64,000 nt of DNA from Elainellaceae cyanobacterium (GTDB lineage Bacteria > Cyanobacteriota > Cyanobacteriia > CAZCXK01). Under the pieces are notes generated by a model. It made no database searches, was not told where the DNA came from, and was given only the letters and a program-made list of their open reading frames with translations. The stretch lies in the NCBI GenBank assembly GCA_051117555.1, contig JBNPEG010000017.1, positions 23,763-87,762 of the forward strand. Direction: 5' to 3'. This document shows, piece after piece, positions 1-9,712 of this stretch. The position numbers were made by a program, and so were the translations under genes. Position 1 is the first letter of the stretch. Each line of letters opens with the position of its first letter.

Positions 1-215
1 TACGCTCTGGCATCTAGACAATCAAAAGTTCAAGCGCTTACGTCGTTGAACACCATCTTTGGCAGGACCTATTACATCAGCGAAGCACATTGCATCTCTT
101 AAATTGCCGAGTGTTACAAAACTGAAATCCGTTTGAGGTTAAGTAATATTCAGTTTTTGGGTGCTTCTATCCCCTCGCCCCAATTTCTTCCAGGTCTTTG
201 CTGTAAAGTGACAGT

Positions 216-980
216 ATGTATGACGATGACGACTTAACCGTATTAGACGATCCGGGCGAGCTAGAAAGTCCGCTCGATCGGCTTGGATCTGTTGACGATG
301 AGGCTGAGGTAGTCAAGCCTGATCCCAACGAAATGCTGGCATTGCTGAGTTCGCCTGAAAATCAGCAGCGGATGTTGGCAGCTCGTGCCTTCTGCGAGAT
401 TGAGGATGCAAGAGCGATTCCAAAGTTGATTGAGTTGCTCACCGATGCATGTCCTCTGATTCGAGTCAGTGTTGCGTACGGGTTGGGTCGTAATCCTAGT
501 TCTGAAGCGGTTGAGCCTCTGATTGCGCAACTCGACGCCGATTGGAATGGGTATGTCCGCAAGGGAATCGTTTGGGCGCTGGGCAATTGTCGCGATCGCC
601 GCTCGTTAGACCCGTTGACGGATGCTCTGAGAACAGATATCCCCGCTGTGCGGTTGTGGGCTGCTAGTTCATTAGCTCAAATGGCGAGCATTGACTATGC
701 GGCAATTGTTGCAGCGATGCCATCCCTTATTGAAGCGTTACGACGAGATCCGGTCGCAGCTGTGCGCAGCAACTGCGCTTGGACAGTGGGCCAACTTTGC
801 CAAGATTTGCCGTCTAATGTGATTTATGCCACTGCAATTGATGCCCTCATTGAGGCATTCGCGGAAGATAAAGAAATGGGAGTCCGCGATGATGCGAAAG
901 CTGCCGTCCTTAAGTTAGGTGACCCGCGTGGTTTACAGATCATTGAAGACATTGAACAAGACGGTCTCAATCTAATCTAA
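216..980 (+). CDS. HEAT-repeat (PBS lyase HEAT-like) protein
   Basis: 254 aa with an acidic N-terminus and repeated L..LL.D....VR..A..ALG motifs. Confidence 0.85.
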   Translation: MYDDDDLTVLDDPGELESPLDRLGSVDDEAEVVKPDPNEMLALLSSPENQQRMLAARAFCEIEDARAIPKLIELLTDACPLIRVSVAYGLGRNPSSEAVEPLIAQLDADWNGYVRKGIVWALGNCRDRRSLDPLTDALRTDIPAVRLWAASSLAQMASIDYAAIVAAMPSLIEALRRDPVAAVRSNCAWTVGQLCQDLPSNVIYATAIDALIEAFAEDKEMGVRDDAKAAVLKLGDPRGLQIIEDIEQDGLNLI

Positions 981-1205
981 GCCCCCTCTCCAAAAGAAAA
1001 GCGCTGCACAGATTCAAGGAATAGGCTTACACAATCTTGAGCTAATAGCTAACCGATTGCTTCAGGATGGGAATTAAGGTGCTTCCTGAGTAAGCCAGTT
1101 CTTTGCAGTGCAACGCTTGAACTGGAAGGGAACTTATAGAGTTGCCATAGTATCGATCATACCCTCATCATTCATAGATAAAAATCACTAATTTGAATCT
1201 TTTGT

Positions 1206-1221
1206 ATAGGCATAAGTCTAT
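1206..1221. promoter_or_regulatory. NdhR/CcmR-type operator ATAG-N8-CTAT
   Basis: ATAGGCATAAGTCTAT upstream of a CbbR-type LysR gene. Confidence 0.65.
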
Positions 1222-1394
1222 AGAATTGCCCATCCCATGCCTCCCCGTCTTTACCTGAAATCCTGAGTGGATGGATGTTTTAGACCTACACAAACAGGCA
1301 GTAATTCGGTCAGCCGAACCTCTCCCTCTCGCACTAATTGCCTAAAGGACAATCATGAATTTATAGATTTAAAGCATTAATAACTCCGTTTGGG

Positions 1395-1410
1395 ATAGAA
1401 TTACGTCTAT
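1395..1410. promoter_or_regulatory. NdhR/CcmR-type operator ATAG-N8-CTAT (autoregulation)
   Basis: ATAGAATTACGTCTAT, about 30 bp before the LysR start. Confidence 0.7.
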
Positions 1411-1442
1411 AGATGTGATCCAAACTTGTATTTGTAGGAGAG

Positions 1443-2390
1443 TTGCAGTTGATTCACGCTACCCTACATCAGTTCAAAGTATTTGAAGCAACCGCCCGTC
1501 ATGGCAGTTTTACCAGAGCAGCAGAAGAGTTGTTCTTAACGCAACCGACTGTATCCATGCAAGTCAAACAATTGACTAAGGCATTGGGGTTACCGCTGTT
1601 TGAACAGGTTGGAAAGCGTTTATATCTGACGGATGCGGGTCGAGAGTTGTATTCGACCTGTCAGGAAATTTTCGAGCAGCTCGATCAGCTCGAGATGAAA
1701 GTTGCCGACCTTAAAGGAATGAAGCAGGGTCGACTTCGGTTGGCGGTGATTACAACAGCAAAGTATTTTATTCCGCGCTTGCTTGGGCCATTTTGTCAGC
1801 GTTATCCCGGAATTGATGTCTCATTAATCGTCACAAATCACGAACAGGCGATCGACCGCCTAACCAACAATCAGGATGACATCTATGTTATGAGTCAGAT
1901 TCCTGAACATCTTGATGTTAAGGCTCATCCATTTTTGGATAATCCACTCGTCGTCTTGGCTCCGAAAGATCATCCTCTTGCTCACGAAAAGAATATCTCC
2001 CTCGATCGCCTTGCTAAGGAGCCCTTTATCATGCGCGAATCGGGCTCGGGAACCCGTCGAGCTGTGCAAAAATTATTTGATGCGAATGATATTGAGGTCA
2101 AAGTTCGCTTAGAACTTGGCAGCAATGAGGCCATCAAGCAAGCGATCGCCGGAGGGTTGGGATTATCAATCTTGTCATGCCACACGCTCACTCCGGATGG
2201 ACACGGTGGGGAACTTACCATCCTAGATGTTCAGGGGTTTCCGATTCAGCGGCAGTGGTATGTGGTTCACCTAGGTGGAAAGCAGCTTTCGGTCGTCGGC
2301 AGCACATTCCTCGACTATCTCAAGTCGGAGGCAACCCAACTCGCTCATGGAATTATGTCGCTGCAAAAGCAGTTGCTTGCCAAAGTGTAG
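1443..2390 (+). CDS. ndhR: LysR-family regulator, CbbR subfamily (NdhR/CcmR or CmpR-like)
   Basis: TLHQFKVFEATARHGSFTRAAEELFLTQPTVS HTH, plus RESGSGTR and LGSNEAIKQ motifs. TTG start after GGAG. Two ATAG-N8-CTAT boxes upstream. The cmpR paralog cannot be excluded. Confidence 0.75.
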   Translation: MQLIHATLHQFKVFEATARHGSFTRAAEELFLTQPTVSMQVKQLTKALGLPLFEQVGKRLYLTDAGRELYSTCQEIFEQLDQLEMKVADLKGMKQGRLRLAVITTAKYFIPRLLGPFCQRYPGIDVSLIVTNHEQAIDRLTNNQDDIYVMSQIPEHLDVKAHPFLDNPLVVLAPKDHPLAHEKNISLDRLAKEPFIMRESGSGTRRAVQKLFDANDIEVKVRLELGSNEAIKQAIAGGLGLSILSCHTLTPDGHGGELTILDVQGFPIQRQWYVVHLGGKQLSVVGSTFLDYLKSEATQLAHGIMSLQKQLLAKV

Positions 2391-2575
2391 AGAAGGCTCA
2401 ACGTTATCAAGACTTAAAAAATTAAGACTTAAAGGCGATCGCCATCCGTGCCAGTTGGGCAGAGGGGCGATCGCCACGTAGTTGCTGCATTTCTTTATTT
2501 TTCAAACTTGAACTCAGCAGGTCAAGGCAATACTGACTGAATCCAGTTACTTGCAGAGCAAGACTAGGCAAGCGA

Positions 2576-2827
2576 CTAAACGTCGTAAACCCGGCATTCA
2601 GATGCATCTGGATTGTCATCACAATATTGCTCAAAATTGCTCTTGGGGCTCTTTTGACGGCGGTGAGAAATTTCTGCTTGCATTTCTTCTACCGTGTCCC
2701 ATGCAGTTGCACATTCGGGTGACTGATCACCTTGGCTGCTGCACACACTGCGGGCTTGCTCGACAGCCTCTTGAAGCTGTTGCTCCATCTGCTCGAGGGT
2801 CATCGTTTTAGATGGGAATGTAGCCAT
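2576..2827 (-). CDS. cp12: Calvin cycle protein CP12
   Basis: AWDTVEE core, N-terminal Cys pair, and C-terminal YCDDNPDASECRVYD. Confidence 0.95.
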   Translation of the reverse strand: MATFPSKTMTLEQMEQQLQEAVEQARSVCSSQGDQSPECATAWDTVEEMQAEISHRRQKSPKSNFEQYCDDNPDASECRVYDV

Positions 2828-3053
2828 ATGCTCTTTATCTCCTTACTACAATTATTGACAATAGCTAAGTTAGAAATTCAGCCTTTAGATAGACCTATCA
2901 CCGTTTAACTTAGGAATGCTGGGCATTTGACTCTACCTTAGATCGGTTTAGCAGGTGATTGTAGTGTGGAAAACCCACAGAGGCACGACATAATACAAGT
3001 GGCGCGCTTAGAAGATTCTGGCCGTCAGTGATCCCGGCTTCATTTAAGAAAGT

Positions 3054-5843
3054 ATGAAATATCCACAGCGAATTCTCGCCTTCATTATTCTCATCGCTGT
3101 CGTGGTGCTGGTCTTCTCCCAAGGACTCGTGCATCTTATAACTGAATCATGGTGGTTTGATGCCGTTGGGTTTGCCGATGTATTTTGGACTCGCATCAAT
3201 TGGAAGGTGACCATGTGGGTCGTCACCTTCGCTCTCTACGCTGCCTTCCTCGGAGGAAACTACTGGCTAGCAATGCGCTTCACTCGAAATCGGGTGTTTC
3301 GGGCGCTTTTGGAGAGCGATCGCCTCGGTTCGGCCGTCGAAGATGTTCCTAATTATGTTGCGGCAGGTCTTACGGTTGCTATCTCGCTGCTAGCGGCAGG
3401 GTCCGGCGCAGCAGAATGGGAGACGATTCTTAAATTCTTTAATCCGACCGAATTCGGGATAACCGATCCGATTTATCAACACGATATCGGCTTTTATGTC
3501 TTTCAACTGCCCTTTTATGAAATTCTTCAAGGACGATTATTAGCGTTATGCATCTGGGGAATCGTGCTAGCTGCAACAGTCTACGCCCTCAAGGGAGAAA
3601 TTACACTGGGTCGAGGCTGGCGCAATATTGTAGTGGGCACTCCCAAAATCCATTTGAGCCTGATTTTAACGGCGATCGCCATTTTGGTTGCGATTGGGTT
3701 TTGGCTAGAACGATATGACCTGCTGTATTCCTCAAGCGGTGTCGTGTATGGAGCAGGCTTTACCGACGTGCATGCCCGACTTCAGTCTTACTGGTTTATG
3801 GGCTTTGCAACGCTAGCATTGATGGTCGTTTTCCTAATTTCTCTGTGGCGGAGTGGGTTTGCGTTGCCAACGTTTGGGATCGGCATCTATGCCATTGTCT
3901 TGATTCTCGTGAGCGGGGTCTATCCGTGGTTTCAACAGCAGTTCATCGTAGCACCCAATGAACTCCAGAAGGAAAGACCCTATATCGTCAACAATATTCA
4001 ATTTACTCGGGCTGCTTACCAACTCGACACGGTAAGCATGGAAGACTATGCGGTGCAAAATCAGCTTGACCTAGATACCCTTGACGACAATCAGCCGACG
4101 CTCAGCAATATTCGCCTGTGGGACTATCGCCCTCTATTGAGCACCTATCGCCAGCTCCAAGAGATTCGATTGTATTATCGCTTCTTAGATGTGGATGTCG
4201 ATCGCTACACCATCGACGACAATTACCAACAGGTGATGCTGTCGCCACGAGAGTTAGACTATTCTCAATTGCCATCGGAAGCGCAACGCTGGGTTAATCA
4301 GCGCCTCCAGTATACTCACGGGTATGGCATTGTCATGAGTCCGGTCAATGAGGTGACGTCAGACGGGTTGCCGGATTTTTATATCCAAGATATTCCACCC
4401 GAGTCGACCGTCGATCTGGAGGTGAGCCAGCCTAGTATCTATTACGGCGAAAAAACCGATAACTACGTCTTCACTAATACGACGATTCCAGAATTTGATT
4501 ATCCCCGCAGCGATGAAAACGCTCAGACTCGCTATGACGGTGAAGGGGGCGTTCCCATTGGTTCGTTTTTCAAGCAAATTGCTTATGCCTATGACTTGGG
4601 CAGCTTGAAACTGCTAATTTCTGATTATCTCACTAGCGATTCCCAGATTCTTTATCATCGGCGTATTCGAGAACGGGTTCAGCAGGTTGCCCCTTTTCTC
4701 AGATATGACAATGATCCCTATATCACGACTATCGATGGGCGTTTGAACTGGATTATTGATGCCTATACGGTGAGCGATCGCTACCCCTATTCAGCACCTG
4801 TCAATCAAAGTGACGGAGCCAGAGATCTCTTACAAGGGCGCAGCGTCGCTCAGATATTGCAGGGTGGAGACAACTATATCCGCAACTCGGTCAAGGTCGT
4901 GATTGACGCGTATGACGGCACCATGCAGTTCTTCGTTGTCGATGAAACCGACCCCGTTCTCAGAACCTATCAGAAAATCTTTCCTGATTTATTTGCGGCA
5001 AACGACACCATTCCCCCTGACATTAAAGATCACTTCCGGTATCCGGTCGACTTGTTCAAAATTCAGGCACAGATTTATCTCTCGTATCACATGCAGGAGC
5101 CTGAGGAATTTTATAACCGCGAAGATCTGTGGCGATTCCCAACTGAACTCTATGAAAATCAGCAGATTTTGATGCAGCCGTATTACATCATCATGCGCCT
5201 GCCCAACGAAACCCAAGAAGAGTTTATGTTGATCTTGCCATTCACTCCTGTTAATAAAGACAACATGATTGCTTGGATGGCAGCGCGATCGGATGGAGAC
5301 AATTACGGAAAGCTGCTGCTGTATGAGTTTCCTAAGCAAGAACTCATTTATGGCCCAAGCCAGATTGAAGCGAGAATCAATCAAAATCCTGAAATTTCCC
5401 AGCAACTCACGCTCTGGAGCCAAGAAGGATCGCGCGTGATCCGAGGTGACTTACTCGTGATCCCAATTGAGCAGTCGTTGTTATATGTAGAACCTGTCTA
5501 TCTGCGAGCTGAGCAAGGAGAACTCCCTGAACTGCGTCGGGTGATTGTTTCCTATGCAGATCAAGTGGTTATGGAACAATCCCTCGAAGATGCTCTGGCA
5601 GTTATCTTTGGGGCTCCTAGTCCTGAGCAAGACGATCAGGTTCAGCCATTGGGCACAGCGACGGTCGCGCCCTCGGTGGTGCAGTCTGCGCTAGAGGCGT
5701 ATCAAAATGCTCAAGATGCGCTGCGCGACGGGGATTGGTCAAGTTATGGTCAATATCAGTCTGAACTGGGACGGTTGCTTGAACAGCTCAACCCAGAGAG
5801 GGACGATTCAACAGCAGATGAGCCAGCCAATCCTCAACAGTAA
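3054..5843 (+). CDS. UPF0182 family membrane protein
   Basis: 929 aa, N-terminal TM region, motifs NIRLWD, YTHGYG and NYIRNSVK. Confidence 0.93.
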   Translation: MKYPQRILAFIILIAVVVLVFSQGLVHLITESWWFDAVGFADVFWTRINWKVTMWVVTFALYAAFLGGNYWLAMRFTRNRVFRALLESDRLGSAVEDVPNYVAAGLTVAISLLAAGSGAAEWETILKFFNPTEFGITDPIYQHDIGFYVFQLPFYEILQGRLLALCIWGIVLAATVYALKGEITLGRGWRNIVVGTPKIHLSLILTAIAILVAIGFWLERYDLLYSSSGVVYGAGFTDVHARLQSYWFMGFATLALMVVFLISLWRSGFALPTFGIGIYAIVLILVSGVYPWFQQQFIVAPNELQKERPYIVNNIQFTRAAYQLDTVSMEDYAVQNQLDLDTLDDNQPTLSNIRLWDYRPLLSTYRQLQEIRLYYRFLDVDVDRYTIDDNYQQVMLSPRELDYSQLPSEAQRWVNQRLQYTHGYGIVMSPVNEVTSDGLPDFYIQDIPPESTVDLEVSQPSIYYGEKTDNYVFTNTTIPEFDYPRSDENAQTRYDGEGGVPIGSFFKQIAYAYDLGSLKLLISDYLTSDSQILYHRRIRERVQQVAPFLRYDNDPYITTIDGRLNWIIDAYTVSDRYPYSAPVNQSDGARDLLQGRSVAQILQGGDNYIRNSVKVVIDAYDGTMQFFVVDETDPVLRTYQKIFPDLFAANDTIPPDIKDHFRYPVDLFKIQAQIYLSYHMQEPEEFYNREDLWRFPTELYENQQILMQPYYIIMRLPNETQEEFMLILPFTPVNKDNMIAWMAARSDGDNYGKLLLYEFPKQELIYGPSQIEARINQNPEISQQLTLWSQEGSRVIRGDLLVIPIEQSLLYVEPVYLRAEQGELPELRRVIVSYADQVVMEQSLEDALAVIFGAPSPEQDDQVQPLGTATVAPSVVQSALEAYQNAQDALRDGDWSSYGQYQSELGRLLEQLNPERDDSTADEPANPQQ

Positions 5844-5926
5844 ACAGCACTATGCAGGTGTTATGCTTGCGATTTCGAAGAGTAAACCGCAAGCATACAA
5901 TCCCAAATGATTTGTAGAAATCTCCG

Positions 5927-5959
5927 GTAGGATACCCGTTAGCACCGGCGTAACGCATC
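5927..5959 (+). repeat. GTAG-type REP-like palindrome
   Basis: GTAGGATACCCGTTAGCACCGGCGTAACGCATC, related to the palindromes inside the elements at 19367 and 54733. Confidence 0.55.
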
Positions 5960-6022
5960 CAGACAATTGGATAGGACGTACGCAGTAGTGATGAATATAT
6001 TCGCTTCGCAGGATCTCCCCGC

Positions 6023-6631
6023 TTTAAAGAGTCTCTGAGATTGTCGAGAGAGTCTATAAACCCTGATTGACTGACAAAACTTTGGTTTGCGGCAGTTGTA
6101 GACGCATAGCGGCTTCTCGCAGAGTAACTGCTGCTATACAGTCGAAACCCGCCTACGCGGGTTGAGAACAGTCGACAAGGGTCGACTTTGGTTGTGTAGG
6201 CGCGGTTTCAACCGCCAGCCTCTGATCTTTTGTCAGTCAATCAGCTATAAACCTCTTTAAAGAGTCTCTGAGATTGTCGAGAGAGTCTCTGAACCTCTTT
6301 AAAGAGTCTCTGAGATTGTCGAGAGAGTCTATAAACCTCTTTAAAGAGTCTCTGAGATTGTCGAGAGAGTCTCTGACCCTATTTAAAGAGTCTCTGATCC
6401 TATTTAAAGAGCCTCTGACCTTATTTAAAGAGTCTCTGAGATTGTTGAGAGAGTCTATAAACCTCTTTAAAGAGTCTCTGAGATTGTCGAGAGAGTCTCT
6501 GACCCTATTTAAAGAGTCTCTGATCCTATTTAAAGAGCCTCTGACCTTATTTAAAGAGTCTCTGAGATTGTCGAGAGAGTCTATAAACCTATTTAAAGAG
6601 TCTCTGAGACTGTCGAGAGAGTCTCTGAACC
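6023..6631. repeat. 21-bp-period tandem array (about 20 units) interrupted by a MITE
   Basis: Units such as CTATAAACCTCTTTAAAGAGT and CTCTGAGATTGTCGAGAGAGT. 18 contiguous units at 6245-6622, including a 126-bp higher-order duplication. Confidence 0.95.
6063..6244. mobile_element. MITE, 182 bp, 17-bp perfect TIRs, 9-bp TSD
   Basis: CTGATTGACTGACAAAA...TTTTGTCAGTCAATCAG flanked by CTATAAACC at 6054-6062 and 6245-6253. Internal hairpins. Confidence 0.9.
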
Positions 6632-6891
6632 CGGGTTGCTACTAAATCCAGTTAACAGTGCCCATCGTCCGCCGCAGATAACCCTAGACTATAAGCGATA
6701 ACCTCTTGACAGTCGGGTGCATGGGCGGTGTTAGCCCGTGAATAACGAAGTGTTTTCTAACTCCGGAGATTCTTGGAACGAGCGATTTTGCAGCCATGCA
6801 AACATAGCAGAAGCTCCCAGTAAAATTAGAGTAATGATACTGACAATCTGAATCATAATGACGTATCGCATAAGCCGTTCATGTTTTAGAA

Positions 6892-8232
6892 CTAAACTAG
6901 ATTGAAATGTTCCATATGGACATTGGTTACAGGCACCTGCAGATCATGGAGCGCCGCCTCAACCTGCTCCATCATGACTGGAGCAGCACAGATAAAGTAG
7001 TGTCGGCTACCCCGATGGATGGGAATGTATCGTTGCAATAGATCTTGATTGACATAGCCTGTTTCTCCTGTCCAGTCTTCGGGCGGCTCACGCAACACAT
7101 GAATGATGGTTAGATCTATGGAGTCAACGAGGTCATCCAATTCCTCTCGGAAGGTCACATCTTCCCATCGTTTGTTGGCATAAATGAGCAAAAATGGGCG
7201 ATCGTCCTTGCGCTCAGCAGCAGTGACCAGAATACTCATCATCGGAGTGATGCCAATTCCACCCGCAATGAGCACAAATCCGGCAGAGTCCCAGTAGCGA
7301 TCGGTCGTAAACACACCGTAAGGACCATCAAGATAAGCCTTTGTACCTGGCTCAACATCCTTAATGGTCTGGGTAAAATCTCCCAATGCTTTAATGGTAA
7401 ATTCCAACCGTTCAGAATGGTCGCCACTCGAAGACATGGAAAAGGGATGCTCACGCATTCGAAAGGGCAAAATATCGAGGGTGATCCAGGCAAACTGACC
7501 GGGATGAAACTGGAACCCTCCATGTCCCCTCGGTCGAATAGCCAGTGTCCATACATTTCCCCTCTGGGGAATGACCTCTTCTACCAGGTAGGGGAGCCTA
7601 GTCATCATCCAGGGCTTGACGACGCGGACATACATCAACAACCATAAGGCGGCTAGGGCGATCGCGCTCCACAACAGCTTTTTCCAAAATAGCCCCAGAT
7701 AATAGCTGACTCCCAGTGCATGGGCCAAACCCAATGTCACCGCCCCCACAGCTAGAATGCCGTGACTCGTACGCCACAGCTCATAGGGAATCTTCAGGGG
7801 CTGCCGCCAAATGGAGGTGATTACGAGGAGCAACAGTGCCAGAGTTCCAACGACAGCAAATCTGGCTCGCCACGGAGCCTCAAATAGATTTAATAGACGT
7901 AGCGTTTCGGGCTGATCGATAAAGAGAATAAGGGGATGAATCAGGATCAGGGCAAAAGCCACTAGAGAGATATAACGGTGGAATTGCAGAATGATGTCAA
8001 CCCCGTAGGATGCTTCAATTCGGTTGATTCGGGCGGTGAGGGCAAATTGAAGGGCTAACATTGCCAACCCAACAAACCCTAGAGCAACTGAAAGCTCTGT
8101 CCAAAAGCTTCGTCCATCAGGAGCAGGAGGGTACAGGAGTAAGATAAAAAGAGGCAGCAGGGCGATCGCCAGATAAACAGCGATCCAAAAGGCGGCCACT
8201 GCAACGGGGCTTCTCGTTAATAGTTTCTGCAT
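6892..8232 (-). CDS. Ferric reductase-like transmembrane plus FAD/NAD(P)H-binding protein (NOX-like flavocytochrome)
   Basis: Two H-X13-H heme motifs, HPFS FAD motif, GPYG, GGIGITP and a C-terminal EHF. Confidence 0.9.
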   Translation of the reverse strand: MQKLLTRSPVAVAAFWIAVYLAIALLPLFILLLYPPAPDGRSFWTELSVALGFVGLAMLALQFALTARINRIEASYGVDIILQFHRYISLVAFALILIHPLILFIDQPETLRLLNLFEAPWRARFAVVGTLALLLLVITSIWRQPLKIPYELWRTSHGILAVGAVTLGLAHALGVSYYLGLFWKKLLWSAIALAALWLLMYVRVVKPWMMTRLPYLVEEVIPQRGNVWTLAIRPRGHGGFQFHPGQFAWITLDILPFRMREHPFSMSSSGDHSERLEFTIKALGDFTQTIKDVEPGTKAYLDGPYGVFTTDRYWDSAGFVLIAGGIGITPMMSILVTAAERKDDRPFLLIYANKRWEDVTFREELDDLVDSIDLTIIHVLREPPEDWTGETGYVNQDLLQRYIPIHRGSRHYFICAAPVMMEQVEAALHDLQVPVTNVHMEHFNLV

Positions 8233-8813
8233 TTTGACCTGCCTCCCTTTCGAGTTAATTTACATATGCCGCCCTAAAAGCAGTGCTAGCTGTGGAAATA
8301 GCTTCTCCTTCGACGGAAGTGAAACACCCCACCAATCGCTTGATCAATCCTTCTTTCCAGTCCTGGATTCCTCAAACTCCACAAGCCGTGTAGGTCGATA
8401 AAGCTAAATCCGACTTTTGAGAAGAAGGGAATGAGGCAGAACAAAAACGTCTCGAAGGTCTGCGCGATAATTCCAATCAAAATGCTTAGCTGTGACTTCC
8501 AAAAGGCAGATTACCGACAGATAGTTCTAAAGATGAGCCATACCCGCAGGCGATCGCATTATCAGAATCAAGGTGGCTAGCGTAAGGATGCAATTGCACG
8601 CTCTACTAATCAACTTAGCACCTGCATCCCAACCCTCATTTAGCCAGGGCACAAAGTTGAAGCGGATTAACTATTCCCTTATAAGAACCGACACGCCGTT
8701 ATTGAATTTTTGGCTTTAAGCTTTCTTAATTATCTTGTCAGGGTTTTCTCAGAGAATAGTCAGAGCTAGCTCAGGCTGAAGACTCATTATAGTTACACAG
8801 AGATTTAGCCTCT

Positions 8814-8905
8814 TATAGCAATGTGCAATTGCGTCAAGTACAGAAGCAGTGGGGAGCGCGGCGCGCCCCCCACTACCGTACTCACCCCAAGCGCATACTG
8901 CTATA
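8814..8905. mobile_element. MITE-like element with TATAGCA...TGCTATA ends
   Basis: Imperfect TIRs and an internal GC hairpin (GTGGGG...CCCCAC). Confidence 0.65.
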
Positions 8906-9063
8906 AGTTCTCGTCTTGAGCATCTCGTAGAGAGACCTAAAGCAGCCGAAATTTTTTGGGGAATTATTGAATGCCTATTCCAAAAAGACGTTTTTTTACT
9001 CACAATCCCCCTAATGGGTCAATATCTCCATCCCGCAGATTCGCAATGTTGTCGGAGGATGTT

Positions 9064-9687
9064 ATGAATCAACCGCCGATTCAGCCTAGTAAAATTCTTG
9101 CGAACTCAAGATTACCGAGTTATTTGAGAGAGGCGATCGCCACTATGAATCTTGCTCCAGGACAGGCGTTATATCATCAGGGCGATCCGGTTTTAGCAAT
9201 CTATCGCGTTGAATCAGGTCGAGTTCGTTTGATTCGCCATACGATTGAAGGCCGCGTTGTCACCTTTCAGGTGATTCGGGCGGGTGAAGTCTTTGCCGCA
9301 ACTGATTTATACAGCGATGGTTATCAGTGTGATGCCATCAGTGATGTTTCCTCGCAGATTAGCGTGTATCCCAAGGAGTTGATATTTCGATCAATGCAAG
9401 ATGATACGATGCTCGCTCAAGATTTAATCCGGCAGCTTAATCAAATTATTCGGTTATTAAAATTCAGGCTAGAGCTTTTGGCAATTCGTTCGGCGAGCGA
9501 TCGCACTCTAGAATATTTGCGATTTTCAACATCGCCCGATGATCCCACGATTCGGTTTGACCGCCCGCTTAAAGATATCGCAAGTGATCTGGGGCTGAGT
9601 CCTGAGGTGTTTTATCGAACTCTAGCTCGGTTAGAAAAAGATGGGATCATTGCTCGAAACAAGCGGCAAATCACCTTGCTTAAATGA
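9064..9687 (+). CDS. Crp/Fnr family transcriptional regulator
   Basis: cNMP-like barrel (LYHQGDP, SGRVRL, GEVF) and HTH IASDLGLSPEVFYRTL. Start moved to the ATG after GGAGGA. Confidence 0.85.
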   Translation: MNQPPIQPSKILANSRLPSYLREAIATMNLAPGQALYHQGDPVLAIYRVESGRVRLIRHTIEGRVVTFQVIRAGEVFAATDLYSDGYQCDAISDVSSQISVYPKELIFRSMQDDTMLAQDLIRQLNQIIRLLKFRLELLAIRSASDRTLEYLRFSTSPDDPTIRFDRPLKDIASDLGLSPEVFYRTLARLEKDGIIARNKRQITLLK

Positions 9688-9712
9688 GGAAGCGTGAAAA
9701 CGCACTGCTCGT

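Noticed and set aside
2..49. Possible 3' end of an upstream CDS (TLWHLDNQKFKRLRR*)
   Set aside because: Too short to support or identify.
6023..6631. 21-bp array as a CRISPR-like or guide array
   Set aside because: Variable parts recur from a small set rather than being unique spacers, and there is no adjacent nuclease or RT.
6274..6645. 123-aa ORF of ESLRLSR heptads
   Set aside because: Arises from the 21-bp array, with a TTG start inside a repeat and no RBS. Treated as a repeat.
8286..8480. 64-aa ORF upstream of the NOX-like gene
   Set aside because: Non-ATG start and no recognisable motif.
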